Shown here in pieces: positions 16,030 through 27,529 of a stretch of DNA of 64,000 nt (its first letter is position 1; each line of letters begins with the position of its first letter). Location: the NCBI RefSeq assembly GCF_006345805.1, contig NW_021833735.1, positions 1-64,000 on the forward strand, read 5' to 3'. This stretch comes from Octopus sinensis. Taxonomy: Eukaryota. Made by a program: the position numbers and the translations under genes. Below the pieces are notes generated by a model, which was not told the origin of the DNA, made no database searches, and was given only the letters and a program-made list of their open reading frames with translations.

Positions 16030-16346
16030 TTGGCGCGAGTACGATCAGTTCGAAAATTTTAGGTCAGATATTGCCGAAGCGGTAATGTTGCTGCCTCGTG
16101 TATCTCTCTCCCTCCTGGCTTTCTTTACTGATGAATTTGTTGGCCTATGGAAGATTGACTTGATTTAATTTAATCAGGCTGATTTACCATTAAAAAACGA
16201 TGAAACAATGCATTGTCTAAAGACAAACGGGTAAATGTTTTTTAAATTTTCTCCTGGTTTACGGAATTACTACTATTTTGCGGTTGAAGCCTTGTCTGTT
16301 ATTTCTAGTGGGTTGAACGGCCTATTATGGCCGTTCCTTAATTTGT

Positions 16347-16410
<64 letters not shown>

Positions 16411-16411
<1 letters not shown>

Positions 16412-16568
16412 GATAGGCTTCTTTCAGTTTCTGCCTACAAAATCGCTCGCAAGCCTTGAGGGTCGACCCGAGGCAATAGTAGAAGACACTTGCCCAAGGT
16501 GCCACTGAGGGAGATTGAACCCGCAACCATGTAGTTGGGAAGGAAACTTCTTACCACACGGCCACGCC
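16411..16568 (-). mobile_element. Octopus tRNA-derived SINE, 5' half
   Basis: Similar to 60900-61064; the minus strand has an A-box-like TGGCCGTGTGG and a B-box-like GGTTCAATC, followed by CCTTGGGCAAGTGTCTT. Confidence 0.85.
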
Positions 16569-17006
16569 AGCATCTTCAGGACAAAAAGCTTAGTGAAGTC
16601 ACGATCCCTGTTTGCTTAGTTTTCGCCTGGTTTAACGAATGGTTTGTAAAACATGTCAGAAGACGAAACTATTTACATATAATCTATGATTATCGCTGTC
16701 TCTCTCTCGCTTTCTCCTTTTGTTTTTCCAGCCCAGCGTTAGCTAAGTCAGTTAACGTTGGACATATGCGTGTGTGTATGTATACATGTGTATACATATA
16801 TACACATATACATATATGTATATATATACATTTATATATATATATATATATATATATACATACATTTATACATATATGTGTGTATATATATATATGTATA
16901 TTTATCTATATCTATCTATCTCCTTCTCTCCATCTCCCTCTCTCTTTCTCTTTCTCTTTCTTTCTCTGTCTCTGTATCTCTCTCTCTCTCTGTCTCTCTC
17001 TCTTTC

Positions 17007-17052
<46 letters not shown>

Positions 17053-17571
17053 ATACATACTTGCATACATACATACGCACGAACACTTTCAAAGCACCTG
17101 TTGAATAGAAAAAGCCCAGGTAATTCTGTATTGGTAGAGTATTTATTTATTTATTTATTCATTTCTATTTCCGCGCCATCTACCTTTGTACCCGAAAAAA
17201 TACACCAGAGAACCACATAACATGGGTGCCTTCATAGACGCGTGCTGTAAACAAAATTGTTAAGGGCCAGATGAACAACTAACAACGTACAAAGGAGTCT
17301 ATAACACACAAATGAACGACCAACCTCATTTCATGGACCACTTCCCGTTCTGCAATGAATTGCTTATTAGTTTTTTTTTAAAGTTCCTTTCACTTATTCA
17401 AGGTTTCCTTCTCCTACTTCCTCTTTATTAATTGTTTCAGTGTCACACTTCACTTCGTCGCAATATTTACCGTAACTCATGCGGAAACGGGGGTGGGGAA
17501 ATAAATGTAAAAATACGTAACTATCCCCTATTGTTTGTCTTTCCTCTTTCTTGCTCTAGTTGCCGTTTCAT

Positions 17572-17635
<64 letters not shown>

Positions 17636-17636
17636 G
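17572..17636 (+). repeat. (CTA)n trinucleotide microsatellite
   Basis: Direct tandem repeat. Confidence 0.97.
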
Positions 17637-17959
17637 TTGCTGCTGTTGCTCTTGTTGTTGTTGTTAAACAACAAGACGGGTAAGGGTGATTAGGTGATGG
17701 TCTAGGGCTTAGGGATGAGAGACCCCAGACCTTGGAAAAAAGAAACTTTGGTCGTTTTGTTGCAGTCGAGGGCTCTTCGTCGACACCCGACACCACTGGG
17801 CGGTGGCCCTCGAAGTCGCTGGAAATGGAGATCTCCACGTCCAAATCTTTAGACGGCGACTGCTGCTGCTGCTGCTGCTGATGCTGCCGCCGCCTCTGCT
17901 GCTGCTCTTTTTTCTTCTTCTTCATCACTGTGTAGCCCTTTCGCTATCTTATCGTGCCG

Positions 17960-18420
17960 CCACAAATTGTAGTGGTTTTGAGCAAGTCTAAGGCACGCAG
18001 GGAGAAGGTTTGGTGTCTTTCCCAGCCGCGCCTTGCACATAGTAATCCATTGAATTACAATCCAGATCTTGGGGCTGGTGACCTTGTAGAAATTCTACGA
18101 CAACCGCTTCTGACGCTTTTCAGCGGTATGGCAAGGATTCGAATCCTGCTGCAACGCATATGGCCTTCCAGCAGCAACCGTCTCCAGCCAGGAACTGACC
18201 AGCATCCAGCAGCTTCGTTTGGCTGTAAGGATTGACCTTAAGGCCCTTCTGTGCAAAGATATGGGAACGTAACCCGGCGTTCGGACGCAGAATACTTTCT
18301 GTATTCTTTACTGCTGGCCACGGCGTCATAGTCTTACTTACAGATGTCCATGTCACGTCTTACAGCATTTACGGTGTTCAGAGAGCATCGAACTGCACTC
18401 ATGATGCCGCCATTTTCAGA
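17960..18420 (-). mobile_element. Tc1/mariner-superfamily transposase remnant (DD37D/maT-like catalytic region)
   Basis: Across frameshifts: HIFAQKGLKVN, WLETVAAGRPYALQQDSNPCHTAEKRQKRLS*NFY, DCNSMDYYVQGAAGKDT. These correspond to the QQDxAPxH and SPDxNPxDY motifs. Confidence 0.8.
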
Positions 18421-18739
18421 CCCAGCGTGACATTTATATGTGGGGAAATAATAATATAAAAATACTCTTTCACAGAATAAAAGTTTACAGTTTATCTGAA
18501 AATGCATTGGTATACGTATGCAGATGGTAAGTTTGACACATATATAAAAAGGGAAAAGTACAAAAAGCAAAAAAGGATCACATTACACTTGTGATAACCT
18601 ACTCATGTTTTCTAGTCTCTGGTTCTCCCTGTCTTACACTAAAGTTGCGAGATTTGGACACGTCCGGAGACTTTAGGGGCGGCCGGCATTCTTTTAGTAC
18701 GAGGACGATACGCAGGATTATAAGCTGACATTAATCAGA

Positions 18740-19020
18740 TTTTGTATTCAACTAACGATTATACTTGATGCGTCTTGTTACTTAGATGATTCAGGGGAGT
18801 TGGGTTTCACTGTCTGGTCATGTTTACCCCCAATATCGAGTTCGATCCCTCGTGCCACGCTTTCTTCTGTGAGGATTCAGCTGGGAAGACGGCTCGTGTT
18901 ACGTGGCCACATTCTGCTTGCAGAATTGGCTGGGATGACCCCGAGCAGATTTTGACAGTTGGTGAATGCAGCGACGCACTGCGACAGCTCATGCCCACAT
19001 ACCTCACCTGAGAATTTACT
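18740..19020 (+). mobile_element. Possible LINE ORF2 C-terminal remnant
   Basis: Weak motif resemblance only (RRLVLRGHI, GWDDPEQIL) to the RLRxxGHVxR...DP region near LINE 3' ends. Confidence 0.3.
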
Positions 19021-19413
19021 CCGAACCGTTTCTATAGAAAAAAGTTTCAGCGGATATAGTTTTGTGTGTAGCTGCTAAAATGGTCTTTGAAGAACAAGGA
19101 AAATGTCCTGTTTAAATAACAGAGGATACCCTTTTTATTATTTACCTTACACACACACACACACATTCATACGTGTATATGTGTATTAATGTTTATTTTT
19201 AATGTTCAGCTACAATAAAAACAATTTTATATTAGTTAGGGGGTTACTTTATATTTCTGCAGAGTACAAGTTATTCTTAAACAAGAATAATCGTTGCCAT
19301 TGACTTTGAAGTTCCAGTCAATTAAGCCATTATCCGGCGATGGCTTTATATATATGTATGTATATATATGTATATATGTATATATATATATATATATATA
19401 GATATATATATAT

Positions 19414-19446
<33 letters not shown>

Positions 19447-19574
19447 AATATATATATATACACACACACACATATATGCATATATATATATAATTATACA
19501 TATATATATATATATATATATACATACATATACATATATATATATATATAATATATATATATATATGTATATAT

Positions 19575-19606
<32 letters not shown>

Positions 19607-19644
19607 AAATACATGCATATATATATATGTATATTATATATGTC

Positions 19645-20480
19645 AGGCTGCGTAAAAAGTAAGTAACGTTTTGAAACATCAGATTCATCATAATATATTT
19701 CAACACTGCGGAAATTTTATTCACCAAAGTAAGTACCATTAAAATCAAAACCTTTTCCCCAACGAGTTACCAGTTTGTTTATTCCGGTAAGATAAATGTC
19801 TGGAGTTCTGGAGCTGATGAACTCTTTCGACGCACTTTCGGCATTGGTTTGATTTTTGAACTCCTTCTCTCGCAGGAAACCATCAAAGTACTCGAAAAAG
19901 TGGTAGTCGGTAGGAAAAAGGTCTGAGGATTAAGCTGGAGGGAGAAGAACACCGTAGCCATGTTCCCTCAACTTCTGGAGCGATTTGTGAAGCGTGTGTT
20001 CGAGAATTGTCATGAAGAATGATTGGCCCTCTTCTGTTGGCCAGCCTGGGAAGGAGGAGAAGCAGTTTTTCGTTCATTTCGGCAATTTCATGGCAATATG
20101 TTTCTGCAGTAATGATTTTTTCCGGTTTTTAAGAAGTTATAGTGGAGGAGTACAGCTGTACACAACCAAACGGACGCCATAACCTTCCTTTAGAAGAGCT
20201 CGGGTTTAGGGAATCTTTCGGGATCTTTCGTCACTATTAGGCATCTTTCGTTGCTATTCGCGATCTCATTCATGACAAACACTCTTGAAATTCAGAGCAA
20301 ATACAAAAACGAAATAACGCATATTTATCGCAAATGAGAGATTTTGTTTTATCCTATTATTAAGTAATTAACTGTTTGACCTTTGAAAATTAGTATTCAT
20401 TTCATCATTTTGCTTAAGCACATAGAAGCTTGCCGTATAATTTTGTACGTATGCAATACTTCCTCATGTAACCCATGGTA
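19645..20480 (-). mobile_element. Mariner (DD34D) transposon remnant
   Basis: ORF-track peptide LANRRGPIILHDNSRTHAS matches HDNARPH; the following frame resembles the PYSPDL-PxDY region. Ends are degenerate. Confidence 0.8.
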
Positions 20481-21519
20481 GCAGAAATATATTCCTAAAG
20501 TTACTCGTCATTTGGCAGGAAAAACTCTGTTGGATCAATCTCGATGCTTTTCTAGGCATTCTCAGTGAGGTGATGTAAAATGATTTTAAACGGGAATCGA
20601 AACCGGGTCGCATTTTGTGCCCTGCCTCACTAATAGCAACTCAGATGTCCGCCATTATTGCAGTGATAGAAATCTATTTTTAAAAAGAATCGATAAATAG
20701 CAAATATAAAATAAGAAATAATAATTGCTCATAACAATTAATAGTACATATTAATTAATTATCATTAAAAATAATTGAATAGTAATTGCAGGTAATAATG
20801 ATTATCAAGATTAATTAAAATAATTAATAATAGTAATAAAAAGTAACAAATAATTAACATTAATTAAAAAACAAAAAAGGCATTAGCTGGAACAAAGACT
20901 AGTAATTACAATAATAGACACAAACAACAATAATTATAATTAACAACAGCTAAAATAACAACGACATGGATATATTGACAATGTTATAAATTTAGCTAGG
21001 CACACGGCCAAATTTTACTAAATACACGGTCGGTTTCACCAACAATACGGTCCTTTTCGCTAATTTCGTTGCTAATTTTGACTAACTACACGGCCAGTTT
21101 CACCAACGGTCACTTTGAATACAGGACTAGTTTTGACAAAGCAGACTGTCAGTTTCAGTATACGGTCACTTGGAATACATGTCAATTTCGATTAGCCATA
21201 AGGTCAGTTTCGATACGCGGCCAATTGTCACTAGCTACACGGTTACTATTGTCTAATCACACGGCTATTTTGTCTAATTACGAGGCCTGTTGGAGTACCC
21301 CACCAATTCTTACAAACTTTGCGGCCATTTGGCCAAGGTACACACCCGTTTGAATACATGACACATAGTTTGACTTAAGGTAGTGTATCCCACCCATTCA
21401 TACACAGATATAATGATGAAATATGCAGAAATGGAAACGAAAAACCACTTAGAAAGATATATGTAGGGCCAAAATGGTTGGAAGATATTAATGGGAACAT
21501 TCCTTTCAATTATATATTG

Positions 21520-22006
21520 GGATCTTTTCCTTTTGAACGGCACATGTCAACACAATTTCTAGCTAACTAAACACTTTAAAGCTTCGTTTACTGGTAGAAT
21601 GTGTCAAAATAAAACATTTTTTCTCTTGGCTTTCTTGATCAAATTGTAATTCGTTTGTTTAACGTAGTTTAATTTTTCGAATTTTAACCAATCAATTGCC
21701 TCTAATTGTGCTAAAATCATTTGCTGCGTCTAAAACTGAGACAACATACTGTCACTAACACTAACCCTAACCCTAACATTCACCCTCAGTTTTAGACACA
21801 GCAAAGGATTTTAGCTCACTAGAGGCGATTCATTGGTTAAAATTTCAAAAAATTAAACTACGTTAAACAAACAAATTATAATTTTTTCAAGAAAGCCAAG
21901 AGAAAAAAATGTGTTATTTTGACAGATTCTACCAGTATACAAAGCTTTAAAGTGTTTAGTTAACTAGAAATTGTGTTGACATGTGCCGTTCAAAAGGAAA
22001 AGATCC
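21520..22006. mobile_element. Foldback MITE with ~220-bp inverted arms and a (CTAACC)-containing spacer
   Basis: GGATCTTTTCCTTTTGAACGGCACATGTCAACACAATTTCTAG is mirrored by CTAGAAATTGTGTTGACATGTGCCGTTCAAAAGGAAAAGATCC, and the arms stay alignable up to the centre. Confidence 0.88.
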
Positions 22007-22116
22007 GTATATTGTAATAAAGACACAATATTGGCAGTCTCTTTAGTCATGTCTTCGAGACATAGGGAGCCAACATTGGTACTGTCTTTGTGATGAAAAT
22101 ATCAGCATTCCTAGAG

Positions 22117-22245
22117 GCAGGCGTGGTTGTGTGTAAGAAGTTTGCTTCCCAACCATGTGGCTCCGAGTTCACTGCCATTGCCTACTACCTTAAGCCGACT
22201 AACACTTTGTGAAGAAATTTGGTAGACGGAAATTGAAAGAAGGCT
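22117..22245 (+). mobile_element. Octopus SINE 5' part (diverged)
   Basis: GCAGGCGTGGTTGTGTG.TAAGAAGTTTGCTTCCCAACCATGTG...TTTGGTAGACGGAAATTGAAAGAAG. Confidence 0.7.
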
Positions 22246-22619
22246 ATCGCGCGCGCGTGTGTGTGTGTGCGCGCACCCAAGATGTCACGCAGTGGGACTG
22301 AACCTGGAATCATGACGTATAAGCGTTCAGCTTTTGCCGAACGATCTACACAATCGACTTGTTTTTAGGGATCAAGTGTTCGTGTCGCACATTAGCTCAC
22401 TCTCTTCATCAAATCGACGTTTTCTGAATAGGTGCACTGTGTGGCACGCGTCAGGAGTCGGAGTGATCGCGGAACAACGTGGGATGAAGTGTCTTGCTCA
22501 AGAACACAATGCACCACCCAGTCTGCAGAGAAACAGAGATCTGTGTGTACGTATCAATGCTTATATATTTCATTTTACTCAAAATTACAATTTAGTAGTA
22601 GTAGTAGTAGGAGTAGTAT

Positions 22620-22668
<49 letters not shown>

Positions 22669-23492
22669 TGTTGTTGTTGTTGTAGTTATAGTTATTGTTT
22701 GATGAAGAATAGTGTGGTCAACAATAATTGTTGTACTAACAAGTCCAATGGTAGGAAAGGTGACAGTAACAACAGCAACAACAACAGCAACAACAACAGC
22801 AACAACAACAGCAACAACAACAACAACAACATCAGCAGCAACAACAACAACGATTACCCTATTAAGGTTTACAAGACAAAAAGACATCAATTTTTAACAA
22901 AAGACGCCATCATAAACACTCAGTTACCGATGGCGGAAAGGACAATAAACTGATCAAGGCAACTAGAAGAACAACAACAATAACAAACATAGTACGATCA
23001 CCATCAACAACAACAACAACACTAGCATTATCAACAACTACAACAATAAGAGTTCAAGCCGAAATTATGATATAAGCCAAACAATAGGAAAAACAGTGAT
23101 ATGACGGCCTCAGATATATTCTGGAGTGTCTCTCTCATCCCCCTTACATCATCAAATTAAATTCTCGCTAAGTTGGCCCCAGCATCCAGTGTGTTTGTAT
23201 TTGTGGATAATTATAGTTTATAAGGCAACTTTCTACGAATTCTATTCAGTGACATTGTATGTGTCAGGTGCTACATGGATGGCTTTTAACGAGATTTGTT
23301 TACAATTTGCTCTTAGCTTTTCTCCCGCTTATTGACCCCGCTTACACATTTTGTCTCCCGCTCGCTCATCTGTCAATCTGTGCACCTATTTATATTTCTA
23401 TCTATCAGTCTATCTCTCTCTCACCCTATCTATCTAACTATCTAGCTATACATACATACCACATACATATATGCATATATATATATATATAT

Positions 23493-23523
<31 letters not shown>

Positions 23524-23746
23524 ATAATATATATATATATATATACATATATATACATATACATATATATACATATGTGTATATATACACATATATACAT
23601 ACATATACATATGTAATTACATATATATATATACATTCGTATATGTGTGCATCTATGTGTTGATATATGTATATATATGTAATCTCACTCTTTGTCTGTT
23701 TCTTTCTCTCTCAATATATAATATATAATATATATTATATATATAA

Positions 23747-23921
23747 AATTAAAAATGAGGATGTCTAAAAGACACCACATGCCGAAATAGCAGTCCAAAT
23801 ACTGACTATAAAACCACGTTAAGTGTTCACATCCGCACGAACACTTAACGTGGTTTTATAGTCAGAATTTCGACTGCTATTTCGGCATGTTGGTGTCTTT
23901 TAGACACCCTCATTTTTAATT
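23747..23921. repeat. Near-perfect 175-bp palindrome (10-nt spacer)
   Basis: The arms ...GACTATAAAACCACGTTAAGTGTTC and GAACACTTAACGTGGTTTTATAGTC... flank the loop ACATCCGCAC (23829-23838). Confidence 0.92.
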
Positions 23922-24040
23922 GTTAAAAAATTTCTTACCTTTGTACGGTATTTCTTTCATGCTGGCCACTTGATAATTTTGATACCTAAATATCGATATT
24001 ATCCTCATATATAAATAAATATATATATATATATATATAT

Positions 24041-24161
24041 GATAGGCCTCTTTCAGTTTCCGTCTACCAATTCAACTCAAAAGGCTTTCGTTGGCCCGAG
24101 GTTATAGTAGAAGACACTTGCCCAAGGTGCAAGCTTCTTACTGCAGAGCCACTCCACCGCC
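24041..24161 (-). mobile_element. Octopus SINE 5' part
   Basis: TTTCAGTTTCCGTCTACCAA...TATAGTAGAAGACACTTGCCCAAGGTGC, same family as 60900-61064. Confidence 0.8.
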
Positions 24162-25357
24162 TATATATTATATTATGTATGTATACATATATATAATTAT
24201 ATATAATATATCTATATATATATATATATATATACAATAGGCATACATATATATATATGTATATATACATATATACATATATGCATATACATATATATAT
24301 ATGAAAGGTTTTGATGTTCTTGTCACCTTGTCTTCGCATAGACGGTTATTGTTGTTGAACGCTTTCCCTTAATATTAGTTTGACATAAAGGAGAATGTTC
24401 TATTAGCAAAAAACTTTACTCCGGTAGTTGCCATGGGAGAAACTCTCACAGTGGCTTTTTGGTGCAAAATGTACTTGTCTTTATATCGCTTGCGGAGAGA
24501 TAAATCCACTAGATCACGTCATTTCAACTTTCGTTGGTCTCGTCATTGATGGGCACTAGAACATTAGAGACACCAGCGATTCATCCCCGCCGCCATCGAT
24601 ATAAAGGCAGTGTCAGAACAGGCATCGCTGTCCCGATTAACCAGTGAGTTTGTTTAAAAATTTATATTTGCAACAGAGGCAGTATTATATCGGGAGGTAA
24701 TATTTAAACTCACTTAAATGTGGGTGTTCATTAGGACATCTTTTACTGCGGTCTCCGTCTTTATGCATTCATCCATGAACTTAGTTGAATCATTAAGTCA
24801 GCAGCTGTTTTGTAGTTCACTTATCATCTACGTAATTATTTTGCGAAGAGACATATCTTTTATATTATTTGCTTATATTTTTTATATATTACATATTTCA
24901 TTTTTCCTTCATCATTACCTTACTCTTAGTTTATCTGTAGATTTTTCTTCATGTAACCTTCTTTAAATTAAAGACGGTTAATCCCTCATTAACACTTTGA
25001 CTTCATTGATACGAGGGTGCTCATTATACATGCATATATATATACATATTTATATATAATGTAATAATTTGAATTCGCCTTGGATGGTCCCTTTGCATAC
25101 TGAACACTTGGTGAAATTGATTAATAATTAATTAATTTTGCCCTCAATTGTTGAAATTATAATTAATCTCCCTCTGATTAATGCTTCGGATTTTACCGAA
25201 ATAAGCATAGTGTTTGATGATTTTAACCCACGCTGGGGGAAAGGGGAGAACAGAGATTCTTCGCTTGCTTATTTGAATTTGTTGGCACTGTTAGTTGGAA
25301 GCAGATCTTCGAAAGGGTATGTTCTTATTTTCAGTGTTTCCAAATCCAACCAAGAAT

Positions 25358-25414
25358 TTCTGAGCCGATGATAAAAATGTTGTTTTGACTAATCTTGAAA
25401 CGTACGTTCTCGAA
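25358..25414 (+). ncRNA. Putative type I hammerhead ribozyme, family 1 copy 1 (helix II substitution)
   Basis: TTC-T-GAG CCGATGA [helix II] GAAAC GTAC GTT CTCGAA; the AGA arm of helix II reads AAA in this copy. Confidence 0.55.
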
Positions 25415-25904
25415 TAACATTAGCATTTGATTTTTCGATGTCCTTACCCCCAAACTTTTGTGAGTTGAATTAAGCAAACACTATATATGAGAGAGATTTT
25501 CTTTAAGTATTAGAAATAGCTTTAAAAAAGTTTTTTAGCTGCTATTTCTAATGAGTTCAGTATGCGCAAAGTAATTTATTTTAAGCCCTTTTAATATTGT
25601 AATAATGTATAATTTGAATTCGCCTTGAATGGTCCCTTTGCATACTGAACACTTGGTGAAATTGATTAATAATTAATTAATTTTGCCCTCAATTGTTGAA
25701 ATTATAATTAATCTCCCTCTGATTAATGCTTCGGATTTTACCGAAATAAGCATAGTAGTTGATGATTTTAACCCACGCTGGGGGAAAGGGGAGAACAGAG
25801 ATTCTTCGCTTGCTTATTTGAATTTGTTGGCACTGTTAGTTGGAAGCAGATCTTCGAAAGGGTATGTTCTTATTTTCAGTGTTTCCAAATCCAAACCAAG
25901 GAAT

Positions 25905-25961
25905 TTCTGAGCCGATGATAGAAATGTTGTTTTGACTAATCTTGAAACGTACGTTCTCGAA
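25905..25961 (+). ncRNA. Putative type I hammerhead ribozyme, family 1 copy 2
   Basis: Helix I TTC(T)GAG/CTCGAA; core CCGATGA (25912-18); helix II AGA/TCT + GTT/GAC; GAAAC (25944-48); helix III AC/GT with GTAC loop; GUU site ending at 25955. Confidence 0.65.
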
Positions 25962-26444
25962 TAACCTTAGCATTTGATTTTTCGATGTCCTTACCCCCAA
26001 ACTTTTGTGAGTTGAATTAAGCAAACACTATATATGAGAGAGATTTTCTTTAAGTATTAGAAATAGCTTTAAAAAAGTTTTTTAGCTGCTATTTCTAATG
26101 AGTTCAGTATGCGGCAAGTAATTTATTTTACTAAGCCCTTTTATATAATGTAATAATTTGAATTCGCCTTGAATGGTCCCTTTGCATACTGAACACTTGG
26201 TGAAATTGATTAATAATTAATTAATTTTGCCCTCAATTGTTGAAATTAAATTAATCTCCCTCTGATTAATCTTCGGATTTTACCGAAATAAGCATAGTGT
26301 TTGATGATTTTACCCACGCTGGGGGAAAGGGGAGAACAGAGATTCTTCGCTTGCTTATTTGAATTTGTTGGCACTGTTAGTTGGAAGCAGATCTTCGAAA
26401 GGGTATGTTCTTATTTTCAGTGTTTCCAAATCCAACCAAGGAAT

Positions 26445-26500
26445 TTCTGAGCCGATGATAGAAATGTTGTTTTGACTATCTTGAAACGTACGTTCTCGAA
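26445..26500 (+). ncRNA. Putative type I hammerhead ribozyme, family 1 copy 3
   Basis: Same motif as copy 2 with a 1-nt deletion in helix II. Confidence 0.6.
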
Positions 26501-26988
26501 TAACCTTAGCATTTGATTTTTCGATGTCCTTACCCCCAAACTTTTGTGAGTTGAATTAAGCAAACACTATATATGAGAGAGATTTTCTTTAAGTATTAGA
26601 AATAGCTTTAAAAAAGTTTTTTAGCTGCTATTTCTAATGAGTTCAGTATGCGGCAAAGTAATTTATTTTACTAAGCCCTTTTATATAATGTAATAATTTG
26701 AATTCGCCTTGAATGGTCCTTTGCATACTGAACACTTGGTGAAATTGATTAATAATTAATTAATTTTGCCCTCAATTGTTGAAATTATAATTAATCTCCC
26801 TCTGATTAATGCTTCGGATTTTACCGAAATAAGCATAGTGTTGATGATTTTAACCCACGCTGGGGGAAAGGGGAGAACAGAGATTCTTCTTGCTTGCTTA
26901 TTTGAATTTGTTGGCACTGTTAGTTGGAAGCAGATCTTCGAAAGGGTATGTTCTTATTTTCAGTGTTTCCAAATCCAAACCAAGGAAT

Positions 26989-27044
26989 TTCTGAGCCGAT
27001 GATAGAAATTTGTTTTGACTAATCTTGAAACGTACGTTCTCGAA
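26989..27044 (+). ncRNA. Putative type I hammerhead ribozyme, family 1 copy 4
   Basis: Same motif as copy 2 with a 1-nt deletion in helix II. Confidence 0.6.
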
Positions 27045-27419
27045 TAACCTTAGCATTTGATTTTTCGATGTCCTTACCCCCAAACTTTTGTGAGTTGAAT
27101 TAAGCAAACACTATATATGAGAGAGATTTTCTTTAAGTATTAGAAATAGCTTTAAAAAAGTTTTTTAGCTGCTATTTCTAATGAGTTCAGTATGCGGCAA
27201 AGTAATTTATTTTACTAAGCCCTTTTATATAATGTAATAATTTGAATTCGCCTTGAATGGTCCCTTTGCATACTGAACACTTGGTGAAATTGATTAATAA
27301 TTAATTAATTTTGCCCTCAATTGTTGAAATTATATATATATACATATATAAACATATATATACATATAAGCATATATATGTAAACATATATATATATATA
27401 ACATACACATATATATATA

Positions 27420-27470
<51 letters not shown>

Positions 27471-27529
27471 CATATATATCTGTGTGTGTGTACATGTAGA
27501 AATAATAGAGATTCAGTTGAATTAGGTAC

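Larger units (their letters stand above)
25053..27334 (+). repeat. Tandem array, ~545-bp unit, ~4.2 copies, hammerhead-containing (retrozyme-like family 1)
   Basis: The anchor CAATTGTTGAAAT ends at 25157, 25702, 26246, 26785 and 27330 (periods 545, 544, 539, 545). Copies are nearly identical, differing mostly by small indels. Both ends abut (TA)-rich runs. Confidence 0.95.

Noticed and set aside
18334-18412. Apparent first exon (AAAATGGCGGC...GTAAGT) of a host gene
   Set aside because: It lies within the DD37D-like transposase remnant, and splicing to the nearest acceptor gives an immediate stop.
24330-24850. Possible decayed ORF upstream of array 1; similar case at 31280-31510
   Set aside because: Multiple stops and no recognisable RT or endonuclease motif, so a link to the arrays cannot be supported.
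25912-25930. Alternative ultra-minimal hammerhead parse C(C/T)GA(T/C)GA-NN-GAAA-TGT with no helix II
   Set aside because: No helix I can be closed for this parse; the parse using the downstream GAAACGTACGTT closes helix I in both families.
25138-27107. Repeated short ORFs in the array units (MPSIVEII..., MLNSTHK..., MFTQNNP...)
   Set aside because: Frames are broken by indels between copies and are not conserved between families 1 and 2, while RNA pairing is conserved.
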